Below are positions 55,245 through 64,000 of a stretch of DNA of 64,000 bases, piece after piece. A model generated the notes under the pieces. It was given only the letters and a program-made list of their open reading frames with translations. It did not search any database and was not told the DNA's origin. Within the stretch, counting starts at the first letter, position 1. Each line of letters begins with the position of its first letter. The DNA comes from a candidate division WOR-3 bacterium. Lineage in GTDB: Bacteria; SDB-A. A program made the translations under genes and the position numbers. The DNA lies in the NCBI GenBank assembly GCA_016934535.1, contig JAFGSQ010000019.1:2342-66341 (forward strand), read 5' to 3'.

Positions 55245-57608
55245 TCAAAAGTTTGTGCCGAACTGTATATGCGGTTTCCAGTCTCCCGATGAAAAACCGT
55301 ACGCGTAATCTACGCCGATTATGCCAAGCATGGGTATATTCAGCCTGAAACCCACTCCCGCGCTTTTGTAAAAGTCGCCGAAGCTTCTCGAACCGCCGAC
55401 CGAATACGGGTCCGGCCAGGTATTCCCGGCATCTGCAAACAATGATACGTTCGCCATGTCGCCAAGATTGACGGAATACTGAGCGTTCAAAAGGATCGCC
55501 GTCGCGCCGCCCTTTACGTCTCCGTCCCTTACAGGGCCTATTGTGTATTCGTCATATCCTCTGACGCCCCAATCTCCGATGCCGCCGAGTCTGTATAACT
55601 CATACACGGGGACATCGGCGCCTCCCGTCGAATAAAAATCCGAAATCACTCCAGTTTTATTTCTGAACATGAGAGAAGTCGACGGCATATTGGATCCCGG
55701 CATTTTCGTAGTCACCGGAATAAAATATTTGAACTCGAACACGTGTTCCCTGAAATTGACATCTCCCTGCATGAAGCCGCCCGTTAGATTGGTGGCAAGT
55801 GAAAAATACGACCCGCGGGACGTGTTGAAATATTTGTCCCTTGAATCCCTGACGAAAGTCAGACCGAAACGGCTTATATACTTGAGCCCCTCCTGCGACT
55901 TCAGGTAGTCGCTCGCGCTGTCCTGATCGAATATGTCAACTTCGACCCGCTCGATTGTGTAGGAATTGTAGATTTTGGAAAAGTTTATCCAGGGCAGTTG
56001 TCTCGCAGTGTTTATCTGGAATCCTTCTTTTCTGTATTTGTAGTTGTCCATTTCGTAAGTCGTCGCGAAAAATCTCACTCCTCCGGCCCAGTTTGTACCG
56101 AAAATCCACGGTTCGAAATAACCTATGTCAAAATTCCACATTTTTGAGTTTATATCGAATTCAAGGTCGAACGATTCACCTTTTCCGAGAAGATTGGGAA
56201 CGGCGAACTTGGCGTAGGCACCCACTCCGCCGTAATGTGAATATGTCGCTCCTCCCCTTATTTCCCCGGATTTCTTTTCGAAGACCTCAATTATCAGATC
56301 CGCGTAAGCGATACTGTCGTTTGAGCTGTCGACAGGCGATATATCGGGTATTATATTGTCGAAAAAACCCAGGTTGAAAATTTTCTGTGAAGTCAGTCTC
56401 AATCCCGAGACAGAAAAATAATCTCCGGGCAACTGCGTTATCTCTCTTCTTATCAGTCTGTCTCTGGTCCTGTAATTTCCTATAATCTCGACGAGTCTTA
56501 TCTTCACTCTCGGACCTTCCCTCAGCTGCCATTTTATGTCAACAAAACTGTCCCTTCTCGTCTGAACAGGATTGAACTGCACGTAAATGAAGCCGCTGTC
56601 GGCGTAAATTTCGCTCATCACCCGCTGGGTTTTTTCCAATTTTACAATGTCATAAGGCTTCCCTTCGCTGTAGGATATTAATTTGCGAAGAAATTCTTCG
56701 TCGAGAAACACCTGCCCTTCGAAAGAAGTCGAACCGAAAAATTTTTCTTCGCCTTCTGTCAGATAGACGTCAATGGAGACCAGCGTCGATTCTTCGTTGA
56801 AAGTGTAGTTGAAACTGTCCACTATTGCGTCGGGAAATCCTCTGCTTTTCAGCGCTCTTTCTATTGATTCTATGTCGGAGGATTCAAAAATGTTTTGATT
56901 GAAACCGCCTTTTCTGAAAAGACCGAATCTGTAAAAACTCCGGAAACCGCTCCAGCCGTAAAAACCCCATTCTCTGTTCTGAAGTCCGGTTTTTATATTT
57001 TCGGCCTCCAATGAATAAAGCCCGTTCAGATATATTGATGCGATCGTGATTTTTCTTCCTTCGGCAATGTCTATAACGACCGATACCCGGTTTTTGGAAT
57101 CAGGTTCGCTTGCGATCACATCTACGACGGTCCCTATGTATCCTTCCCTTCCGTAGGAATCCAGAACAAATTTCTTCCAGATCGCGATCTTTCTCGGTGT
57201 GACTGTTCTTCCTCTGAAAGGCCCCTCCGCCCAACCTCTGAGAACAGCTGTGTCTGCAGAACCGTGAGAAAGCCATTTTCTCATGTCTTCCTCGGATATT
57301 CTTCCGCACCCTCTTAATATCAGAGAATCGAGGACGGGATTTTCAGTGACATCGATGATCAGAGTCAGCTGGTCCAAGTCTTCTGTAAAAGTGTCGAGGG
57401 ACACATCGCTGAATAGATCCGTGGCGTAAAGATTTTTGATTATCATCGCAGAGACAAAGGGGGAAAATTCAGCGCCTTCCGCAAGACCGGCCATTTGAAT
57501 GACCTGATCCTCGCTCGATCTGTCGTTTCCGGTGATTCTTACAGCCGAAATCGTTTTAGCCCAGACGCAGACGGGCAATAAAAGAGCCAAAAATAATAAT
57601 TTTTTCAT
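55245..57608 (-). CDS. bamA: Outer membrane protein assembly factor BamA
   Basis: Start MKKLLFLALLLPVCVWA. Multiple POTRA domains, and a C-terminal 16-strand barrel ending ...HIQFGTNF; about 787 aa. Confidence 0.85.
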   Translation of the reverse strand: MKKLLFLALLLPVCVWAKTISAVRITGNDRSSEDQVIQMAGLAEGAEFSPFVSAMIIKNLYATDLFSDVSLDTFTEDLDQLTLIIDVTENPVLDSLILRGCGRISEEDMRKWLSHGSADTAVLRGWAEGPFRGRTVTPRKIAIWKKFVLDSYGREGYIGTVVDVIASEPDSKNRVSVVIDIAEGRKITIASIYLNGLYSLEAENIKTGLQNREWGFYGWSGFRSFYRFGLFRKGGFNQNIFESSDIESIERALKSRGFPDAIVDSFNYTFNEESTLVSIDVYLTEGEEKFFGSTSFEGQVFLDEEFLRKLISYSEGKPYDIVKLEKTQRVMSEIYADSGFIYVQFNPVQTRRDSFVDIKWQLREGPRVKIRLVEIIGNYRTRDRLIRREITQLPGDYFSVSGLRLTSQKIFNLGFFDNIIPDISPVDSSNDSIAYADLIIEVFEKKSGEIRGGATYSHYGGVGAYAKFAVPNLLGKGESFDLEFDINSKMWNFDIGYFEPWIFGTNWAGGVRFFATTYEMDNYKYRKEGFQINTARQLPWINFSKIYNSYTIERVEVDIFDQDSASDYLKSQEGLKYISRFGLTFVRDSRDKYFNTSRGSYFSLATNLTGGFMQGDVNFREHVFEFKYFIPVTTKMPGSNMPSTSLMFRNKTGVISDFYSTGGADVPVYELYRLGGIGDWGVRGYDEYTIGPVRDGDVKGGATAILLNAQYSVNLGDMANVSLFADAGNTWPDPYSVGGSRSFGDFYKSAGVGFRLNIPMLGIIGVDYAYGFSSGDWKPHIQFGTNF

Positions 57609-57652
57609 TTTTGTTTTCGCACCCCTGACATGAATTGTTTCTTCCGGGCAGC

Positions 57653-60214
57653 TCACCCGCCGGCGGAACTCTCTCCCGGCATTCCTGCCAAATCTTCGGT
57701 TTTTTCAACTGGTATATTGAGCATGCACTTAACGTCTTTTACTACAAATCTCAATTCTTTACCGGACCTCTCTATTACAACTACATCGTTGACCTTTACC
57801 GAACCCTGCAGAAATTCCTCGACAAGAGGGTCTTCGACGTATCTCCTGAACGCCCTCCTCAAAGGCCGGGCTCCGAAGGAAGGGTCGTATCCTTCTTCGA
57901 CGAGAAGTTCTTTGGCGCTTTCAGAAAGCTCAATTCCGATTTCTTTTTCCTTCACCCTCTCTTTGACCTCTTCGAACACGAGTTCTATTATCTTTTTCAT
58001 GTCTTCTCTCGTAAGTCTTCTGAATACGACCACTTCGTCAATTCTGTTTATGATTTCCGGATTTATTATTCTTTTAAGCTCCGAGAGAATGTTTTCTTTC
58101 ATTTTATCGTAATCAATATTTTCCGGTGTAGAACCGAATCCCATCGGTTTCGAACGGGTTATGTCTTTTGTGCCAATGTTCGAAGTCATTATTATCACAC
58201 TGTGCCTGAAACTTATTTTTCTGCCGAGGCTGTCGGTGATTTCGCCTTCTTCCAAAAGCTGAAGCAATATGTTCAGGACGTCGATGTGGGCTTTTTCAAT
58301 CTCATCAAAAAGAACGACCGAATAAGGTTTGACGCGGATTTCTTCAATCACGGGATTTTGTTCGCCGTATCCTATGTAACCGGGCGGAGAGCCGATGAGT
58401 CTTGACACGGAATACTTTTCCATGTATTCGCTCATGTCAATCCTTATGAGGTTGCTCTTGCTTCCGAAAAGGATTTCAGCCAGGGATCTCGCCAGTTCCG
58501 TTTTACCCACGCCCGTAGGTCCGAGAAAAAGAAACGATCCAAGAGGTCTTTTTGGGTCTTTTAAACCCATCCTTCCCCTTCTGATCGCTCTGCTGACTGC
58601 TTTGATTGCTTCAGTCTGGCTTATGACTTTGGCCGCAAGCAAATCTTCGAGATTGACGAGTTTGTCGTGTTCTTTTTCCTGAAGCCTCTGAATGGGTACA
58701 TTCGTCCACATGCTGACCACTTCCCTGACATCTTCTTCGGTCACTACCGGAGTGACCTTGTCAGACATCTTGAGCCATTCTTTCTGCTTGGTGTCAATCT
58801 CTGCTCTTATTTTGGCTTCCTTGTCCCTGAATTCCGCGGCTTTTTCGTATTGCTGATCCGATACGGCTTTTATCTTGACTTCGAGGATATTTTTAAGCCG
58901 TATTTCGTCTTCCACAAGATCAGGATACGGGGGCACGGAGGATAATTTGACTCTGGCTCCGGTTTCATCGATGACGTCTATTGCTTTATCGGGAAGCTGT
59001 CTGTCCGTTATGTATCTGTCGGCGAGGATAGCCGCTGCTTTTAGAGCGCTGTCTTCGTAACTGACACCGTGATGCTCTTCGTATTTTTCCCTGAGACCTT
59101 TAAGTATGTTTATTGCTTCTGAAATCCCCGGGGATTCAACAAGTATCGGTTGAAATCTTCTCTTCAGAGAACCGTCTTTTTCAATGTGTCTGTGATATTC
59201 AGCCACGGTCGTGGCTCCAATGCATTTAATTTCACCTCTCGCCAGAGAAGGTTTCAGAATGTGGGAGGCGTCGAGGGAACCTTCCGCTGAACCCGCCCCA
59301 ACAATCGTGTGCAGTTCGTCAATAAAAAGAACTATGTCATCCCTGTTCTTTATAGTTTCAATTATTGATTTCATCCTGCTTTCGAACTGACCTCTGTATT
59401 TCGTTCCGGCTACAACCGAAGCGAGATTGAGCTGATAAAACTTTTTACCTATGAGAGAAGGAGGAACGTGTCCCTGAACTACTTTTTGCGCGAGACCTTC
59501 GACAATGGCTGTTTTTCCGACACCGGCTTCTCCTATCAGCACCGGATTGTTTTTCCTTCTTCTGGAAAGGACTTGTATGACTCTTTCGATTTCTTTGTCT
59601 CTGCCGATTATCGGATCAAGCTTTCCTTCTTCCGCGAGACTCGTAAGATCTCTGCAGAAATCTTCGAGTGCGAACTTATCTTCTTCCTCGTCGTCGATGT
59701 TTTCGCGGGAGCGTCCAATCTTCCTCTTGTCCTCTTCTTTCACGGAAAAATCACTCTCTTCTATGAGGTTCTGCAGTCCTGCACTGAATTGGACATAAGT
59801 AATATCAAGGCTTTTCATCACTTCTCCGGCCGCAGAATGTATGTTGTCGAGAACGGACAGCACAAGGTGTTCTGTGCCGATGAACATGTGTGAAAGCTCT
59901 TCCGCTTTTTTCATGGAACCCTGAATCACGCTCTCGACCTCTATTGTCGGGACGGGATCTTTGAAATTCGGCGGATATCTCGGAGTCTCTCTGTATAAAT
60001 CATTTTTGTAGATTCTTGCGGCAATTATCTTTTTCATCAGTGAAATATCAACGCCGAGTTTTTGAAATATCTTTACTGCAAAGCAGTTCGTCTCTGTCAA
60101 AATCGCGTAGAGAATATCCAGTGTCGTGTAATAGCCTCTCTTGTGAAGCTTCGAATTCTTCTGCGCAGACATAATTATTTTTCTGTATCTCAATGTAAAA
60201 TTTTCGCTGTTCAT
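57653..60214 (-). CDS. clpC: ClpC-type Clp/Hsp100 ATPase (double Clp_N, two AAA+ modules, UVR-like linker, ClpP-docking loop)
   Basis: Walker A motifs [15 protein letters not shown] and [16 protein letters not shown] short linker bearing [15 protein letters not shown] (UVR-like, not the long ClpB M-domain). A PMGFG loop; 853 aa. Confidence 0.85.
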   Translation of the reverse strand: MNSENFTLRYRKIIMSAQKNSKLHKRGYYTTLDILYAILTETNCFAVKIFQKLGVDISLMKKIIAARIYKNDLYRETPRYPPNFKDPVPTIEVESVIQGSMKKAEELSHMFIGTEHLVLSVLDNIHSAAGEVMKSLDITYVQFSAGLQNLIEESDFSVKEEDKRKIGRSRENIDDEEEDKFALEDFCRDLTSLAEEGKLDPIIGRDKEIERVIQVLSRRRKNNPVLIGEAGVGKTAIVEGLAQKVVQGHVPPSLIGKKFYQLNLASVVAGTKYRGQFESRMKSIIETIKNRDDIVLFIDELHTIVGAGSAEGSLDASHILKPSLARGEIKCIGATTVAEYHRHIEKDGSLKRRFQPILVESPGISEAINILKGLREKYEEHHGVSYEDSALKAAAILADRYITDRQLPDKAIDVIDETGARVKLSSVPPYPDLVEDEIRLKNILEVKIKAVSDQQYEKAAEFRDKEAKIRAEIDTKQKEWLKMSDKVTPVVTEEDVREVVSMWTNVPIQRLQEKEHDKLVNLEDLLAAKVISQTEAIKAVSRAIRRGRMGLKDPKRPLGSFLFLGPTGVGKTELARSLAEILFGSKSNLIRIDMSEYMEKYSVSRLIGSPPGYIGYGEQNPVIEEIRVKPYSVVLFDEIEKAHIDVLNILLQLLEEGEITDSLGRKISFRHSVIIMTSNIGTKDITRSKPMGFGSTPENIDYDKMKENILSELKRIINPEIINRIDEVVVFRRLTREDMKKIIELVFEEVKERVKEKEIGIELSESAKELLVEEGYDPSFGARPLRRAFRRYVEDPLVEEFLQGSVKVNDVVVIERSGKELRFVVKDVKCMLNIPVEKTEDLAGMPGESSAGG

Positions 60215-61254
60215 GCCTTTCTCGCAGTCATTTCGACAAACATCGCCAGACTGAGATCTTCCCCTCCTTCTGTTTGCTCAATTATAGCATCTCTGTGTCC
60301 TCTTCTCAAAATAAAGAAGAGATCCGAAACCGTCTCTTCGGAATACCTTTCTTCCAATCCCAAATCGAATCCGAGCCTGAGGACAGAAGCCGCGTTTGCG
60401 TATTCCGAGAATTTCAAAGAGCTGACTTTCTTCTCTCCGAAAATCTCAAATCCGCTTTTTAAATAGTTTTCAACGGCTTTTTTATTGTACATTACAAAAT
60501 ATTCCCGCGCAAACAATTCATTTTCGGCAAAACAGTCAGAGAAATAATCAACTTCGTCCATTGCCTTTGATTCTTTTTCAGATGTTTTCTGATTCGATAT
60601 CTGACAGAATGAACCGGCTGTTTTCGTCCCTTCTCCGAAAATGCCTCTCAAAGCCAATCCGCATGCTTTTGCCGCACGGACTATTTTTTTTTCATTTCCC
60701 GACAAAAACACGCACGGAGCGTGAAAAAGGTTAGAGTACCTCATTCCTGTTCCTCTGTTCGTAGGGCAGGCTGTCTCGAAATCGCCTTCAGCCGTTCTGG
60801 CAAAAGGAAATGCACTTTCAATTTCACCGCTAAGTGAAAGAGCTTCTGAAAGACAGGACTGGCCTTTTCCGGGGACTGAAATGATCTGTATTCTGACATC
60901 GTCTTCGTCGTTGACGAGGATTGATGTCTTTTCATCAGGGCTGACAAAAAGACATAGTCCGAAAGACGGGGAGGAATTCAGAAGATGCCTTTCGGCAAGT
61001 ATCCTGCAGTGAGACTCGCTCGCTTCCCAAAGATTAATTCTTATGAAGTCTCTTCCGGAAACTGCTTTTTCAACTATTCCGGCTATCTCTTGCGCATCCT
61101 TTTTTTTGACGTCAAAATTTCGAGCCAGCCTGACTCTTGTGCTGAATACGACTTTTCTGTAATCGGCTCTGAACCATGAAGGCGCTTTTTGCCTGATCCT
61201 TTCGACGAAACTCAAAGCGTTTTCAGTGTTATTTTTTCGAGTCGTAAATGTCAA
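60211..61254 (-). CDS. mcsB: Protein arginine kinase McsB (ATP:guanido phosphotransferase family)
   Basis: Motifs STRVRLARNF, CPTNRGTGMR and RGIFGEGTKTAGSFCQISNQ align with the B. subtilis McsB motifs SSRIRLARNF, CPTNVGTGLR and RGIYGEGSEAVGNIFQISNQ. There is a 4-nt overlap with clpC. Confidence 0.85.
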   Translation of the reverse strand: MTFTTRKNNTENALSFVERIRQKAPSWFRADYRKVVFSTRVRLARNFDVKKKDAQEIAGIVEKAVSGRDFIRINLWEASESHCRILAERHLLNSSPSFGLCLFVSPDEKTSILVNDEDDVRIQIISVPGKGQSCLSEALSLSGEIESAFPFARTAEGDFETACPTNRGTGMRYSNLFHAPCVFLSGNEKKIVRAAKACGLALRGIFGEGTKTAGSFCQISNQKTSEKESKAMDEVDYFSDCFAENELFAREYFVMYNKKAVENYLKSGFEIFGEKKVSSLKFSEYANAASVLRLGFDLGLEERYSEETVSDLFFILRRGHRDAIIEQTEGGEDLSLAMFVEMTARKA

Positions 61255-61929
61255 TTATACCAGAATCCCCTGATTCAATCGCAGAATACGGTCGCACAGA
61301 GCGCTTATACCGGGGTTGTGAGTGACGACTATGACTCCGCAATTGTTATTCCGCGCAAGCTTCAAAAAGACGGAAAGAACAATCCGGGCCGTTTTGCCGT
61401 CGAGATTTCCCGTTGGCTCATCGGCGAGAATTACTTTCGGATAGTTGGCCACCGCCCTTGCTATGGCTACCCTCTGTTTTTCGCCCCCCGAAAGCTGGGA
61501 AGGGTGATGGGCAATACGCTCGGACAAGCCCACGTCATCCAGTATTTCTTTTGCTCTTTCTTTGGACTTGTTTTTTTTCATACCGGCGACTAGCATAGGC
61601 AACATTACATTTTCCAGAGCGCTCAGCTCGGATATGAGGTTGTGAAACTGAAAGACAAATCCGATTGTGCTGTTTCTCAATTTTGAGAGCTCGTGGTCTC
61701 TGTGTTCGCGGATGTTTTTTCCGTTCAGATAAAGATTTCCGGAGGTCGGTTTTTCAAGAGTTCCGAGTATGTGAAGAAATGTCGTTTTGCCGCTCCCGGA
61801 CGGACCTTCTATTGCAGCGATCTCTCCGCCTTCAAGAGTGAAATCAATACCTCCCAGGACTTTTATCGTGTCCGTTCCGCTTTCAAAGTTTTTTACTATG
61901 CTCTCGGCTCTTATAATGACTTCATTCAT
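61255..61929 (-). CDS. lolD: Lipoprotein-releasing system ATP-binding protein (MacB/LolD family ABC ATPase)
   Basis: Start [15 protein letters not shown] at 61929. Walker A GPSGSGKTT, signature LSGGEKQRVAIARA and Walker B ILADEPTGNLD. Confidence 0.8.
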   Translation of the reverse strand: MNEVIIRAESIVKNFESGTDTIKVLGGIDFTLEGGEIAAIEGPSGSGKTTFLHILGTLEKPTSGNLYLNGKNIREHRDHELSKLRNSTIGFVFQFHNLISELSALENVMLPMLVAGMKKNKSKERAKEILDDVGLSERIAHHPSQLSGGEKQRVAIARAVANYPKVILADEPTGNLDGKTARIVLSVFLKLARNNNCGVIVVTHNPGISALCDRILRLNQGILV

Positions 61930-63163
61930 AACGCAAAGCCTCCACGGGCAACAGCCTAGAAGCCCTGTAAGCCGGATATATGGCCGAAATAAACGATATT
62001 CCAAGAGAACAAAGAGATATGACCACAACATCGATAGGGTTTACTGTTATAGGAAGAGAGGATATCACATAAACGTCGGTGTCTATAGGAAACTCGTATC
62101 TGCCAAGAGCAAAGCAAATGGCAAGGCCGACGAGAATTCCCAGAGCCGTCCCTACAAAACCCATGATGGTCCCCTGAAGGACGAATATTCTCATGACGTC
62201 AAAGCGCGTCAGACCTATGGACCTCAATATTCCTATTTCACGGGTCTTCTGAATCACTATCATTATCAAAGTGGAAACTATGTTGAACGCGGCCACAATT
62301 ATTATCATAAAAAGGATCAGCGTCATTGCAGTCTTTTCGAGTTTTAATGCGGCGAAAAGATTCTTGTTCAATACAAGCCAATCCTGAACGGAATAAGAAA
62401 AACCGAGTTTGTCCTGCAATCTTTTCGATATTCTTCTGACTTCCATCATATCCTTAACTGCAATTTGAAATCCGGTCACTTTTCCTTCAAGTTTGACAAT
62501 TTTCTGAGCGTCTTCGAGCCTAACAAAAATCCACGAACTGTTGTATTCGTAAAGGCCCGCGTCTATTACACCGACGACTTCACCCTTGTATATCTTTGGA
62601 ACAGGTCCCACGGGGGTTATCGTGCTCGAAAGCACGGAAAAGATTTCAATTACGTCTCCCGTTTCCACCTCGAGATTTTCTGCGAGCATGTTTCCAATAA
62701 CTACCGGAATGACGTTCTCATTGACGGGATCCACCAAAAAAGCACCTTCAATTATTTTCTCTTCTATGTCGCTGACTTGTCTTCCTGAAGCCATGTCGTA
62801 TCCCCTGAGAAGGACACCGTCGATGGCATTCTTTTTCCTTATCATCACCTTCGAAATGACGAATGGAGAGATACCGGTTATCTCTTTCGTCAGGATATCG
62901 TCGGAAGCTATCGCGGCGTTGATTTCTTTAAGGCTGGTATCGGGAGAGCTGATTCCCTGAGTGACAATTATGTGAGCGTTGACACCGACAATTTTCTTTT
63001 TTATGTCTGTGTGGAGACCGTTCATAACCGACACGACGGCTATCAGCGTCGCCACCCCGACCATGACCCCTCCTATTGACAAGATCGTTATGAAAAGCTG
63101 AAATTTATTGGTTTTCGGCGGTTTCAGATATCTTTTAGCGAGCATCGAATGATAGCGCGTCAT
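61922..63163 (-). CDS. lolE: Lipoprotein-releasing system permease (LolC/LolE, FtsX-like)
   Basis: A 413 aa protein with four TM helices and a large periplasmic loop. There is an 8-nt overlap with lolD. Confidence 0.8.
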   Translation of the reverse strand: MTRYHSMLAKRYLKPPKTNKFQLFITILSIGGVMVGVATLIAVVSVMNGLHTDIKKKIVGVNAHIIVTQGISSPDTSLKEINAAIASDDILTKEITGISPFVISKVMIRKKNAIDGVLLRGYDMASGRQVSDIEEKIIEGAFLVDPVNENVIPVVIGNMLAENLEVETGDVIEIFSVLSSTITPVGPVPKIYKGEVVGVIDAGLYEYNSSWIFVRLEDAQKIVKLEGKVTGFQIAVKDMMEVRRISKRLQDKLGFSYSVQDWLVLNKNLFAALKLEKTAMTLILFMIIIVAAFNIVSTLIMIVIQKTREIGILRSIGLTRFDVMRIFVLQGTIMGFVGTALGILVGLAICFALGRYEFPIDTDVYVISSLPITVNPIDVVVISLCSLGISFISAIYPAYRASRLLPVEALRYE

Positions 63164-64000
63164 ATTTCCTCATTAGTCTTCTGAACGGGCTTCAGCTGAG
63201 GGAAAGTGATTACCTCCCTTATGTTTTCAGAAGAGGTGAAAAGCATCGCCAATCTGTCTATTCCGAGTCCGAGCCCTCCGGCCGGCGGCATTCCGTAAGA
63301 CATCGCAAGAAGAAAATCCTCATCGACCGGTTCGTATTCTTTTTCACCCTGCTTTCTGAGTTCGTTCTGGTATTCGAGCCTCTTTCTCTGCTCAACAGGA
63401 TCGTTTAGTTCGGAAAAACTGTTCCCGAGTTCCATGCCGAGTACGATCGGTTCGAATCTTTCGACGAGAAGCGGATTTTTCCTGTGAGTCTTTGCAAGGG
63501 GAGATATTTCGAGAGGATGGTCCATGACGAACGAAGGTTCAATGAGGTTTGGCTGGACGAGAGCCGAGAAAAGGGCATCGACTATCTTGCCTCTGTGGTT
63601 TTTTTTGTCAATCTCGATGTTCTTTCTGCGGCAGAAGTCCAAGAGCGCTTCTTTGGAGAGGTTTTTCATGTCCTCTCCGGTCGCTTCTTCGAGGGAATCC
63701 CAGTAATCCAATCTTTTCCAGGATTTCGAAAAATCAATTTCTCTCTCTCCTGTTATCAGGACAGGTGTTCCGAACAGTTCGATACAAACCTCGCGGAATA
63801 TGGCTTCCGTAAGGTCCATCATCGCGAAATAATCCACGTATGACCAGTAGATTTCGACCTGAGTGAATTCGGGATTGTGATCCTTGTCCACTCCTTCGTT
63901 CCTGAAATCCTTGGCGAACTCGTAAACTCTCTCAAATCCTCCTATGAGAAGTCTTTTAAGATAAAGCTCGTTGGAAACCCTGAGATAAAAATCAGTTCCC
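63160..64000 (-). CDS. lysS: Lysyl-tRNA synthetase (class II), C-terminal catalytic part. The gene continues beyond the right edge of the window.
   Basis: Motif 2/3 region ([19 protein letters not shown]...[14 protein letters not shown]) and a C-terminus ...FPQLKP. The N-terminal anticodon-binding domain is not in the window. Confidence 0.85.
   Translation of the reverse strand, partial: GTDFYLRVSNELYLKRLLIGGFERVYEFAKDFRNEGVDKDHNPEFTQVEIYWSYVDYFAMMDLTEAIFREVCIELFGTPVLITGEREIDFSKSWKRLDYWDSLEEATGEDMKNLSKEALLDFCRRKNIEIDKKNHRGKIVDALFSALVQPNLIEPSFVMDHPLEISPLAKTHRKNPLLVERFEPIVLGMELGNSFSELNDPVEQRKRLEYQNELRKQGEKEYEPVDEDFLLAMSYGMPPAGGLGLGIDRLAMLFTSSENIREVITFPQLKPVQKTNEEI

Noticed and set aside
1-64000. 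Mobile elements (IS/transposase/integrase/phage genes) and toxin-antitoxin or defence systems
   Set aside because: No transposase, integrase, recombinase, restriction-modification, Cas or obvious TA genes could be recognised in any frame. The window looks like core chromosome.

Overview
The window is a 64 kb chromosomal segment that is almost entirely protein-coding and tightly operonic. The gene content points to a diderm (LPS-producing) bacterium, plausibly an uncultivated lineage, for three reasons. First, the lipid A/Kdo pathway is complete in two clusters: lpxA-lpxC-fabZ-lpxD-skp-bamA on the minus strand and lpxB/waaA/lpxK on the plus strand. Second, there is a Bacteroides-type aerotolerance (moxR-DUF58-batABCD) operon. 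Third, four large secreted proteins end in T9SS-like C-terminal sorting domains.

On the minus strand, left to right, are: tRNA-Asn, queA, ruvBAC, yebC, pyrE/pyrF/rlpA/pyrD/pyrK, three TPR (lipo)proteins, a Wzc-like BY-kinase and a Wza-like exporter. The bat operon is on the plus strand. Then come comF, a SEDS protein, miaA, mutL, and PHP and radical-SAM genes.

A long plus-strand operon (32058-44847) has every gene junction overlapping. It starts with three paralogous zinc-ribbon proteins of unknown function, followed by a ThrRS-N/uridine-kinase fusion, acpS, a Gfo/Idh/MocA oxidoreductase, lpxB, a DUF374 acyltransferase, waaA, lpxK, a BadF-type ATPase and a secreted M1 aminopeptidase. Next is a mosaic family of Kelch/T9SS-tail secreted proteins. 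The right end of the window carries lpxA-lpxC-fabZ-lpxD-skp-bamA, then clpC-mcsB (a phospho-arginine protein-degradation module that is unusual in a diderm), lolDCE and a partial lysS.

No transposase, integrase or CRISPR array is present. The most unusual non-coding structure is a roughly 590 bp intergenic array (31308-31895) of 13 small hairpins, each introduced by the 7-mer CACGAAG, occurring in both orientations and with compensatory stem changes between its two units. This is a candidate REP/BIME-like element family or structured RNA leader, sitting directly upstream of the zinc-ribbon/lipid A operon. Other notable points are a (DQQ)n 9-bp tandem repeat inside the batC-like gene, a lipoprotein signal peptide encoded upstream of any canonical start codon of a TPR gene, and near-identical 3' ends shared by three secreted-protein paralogs.
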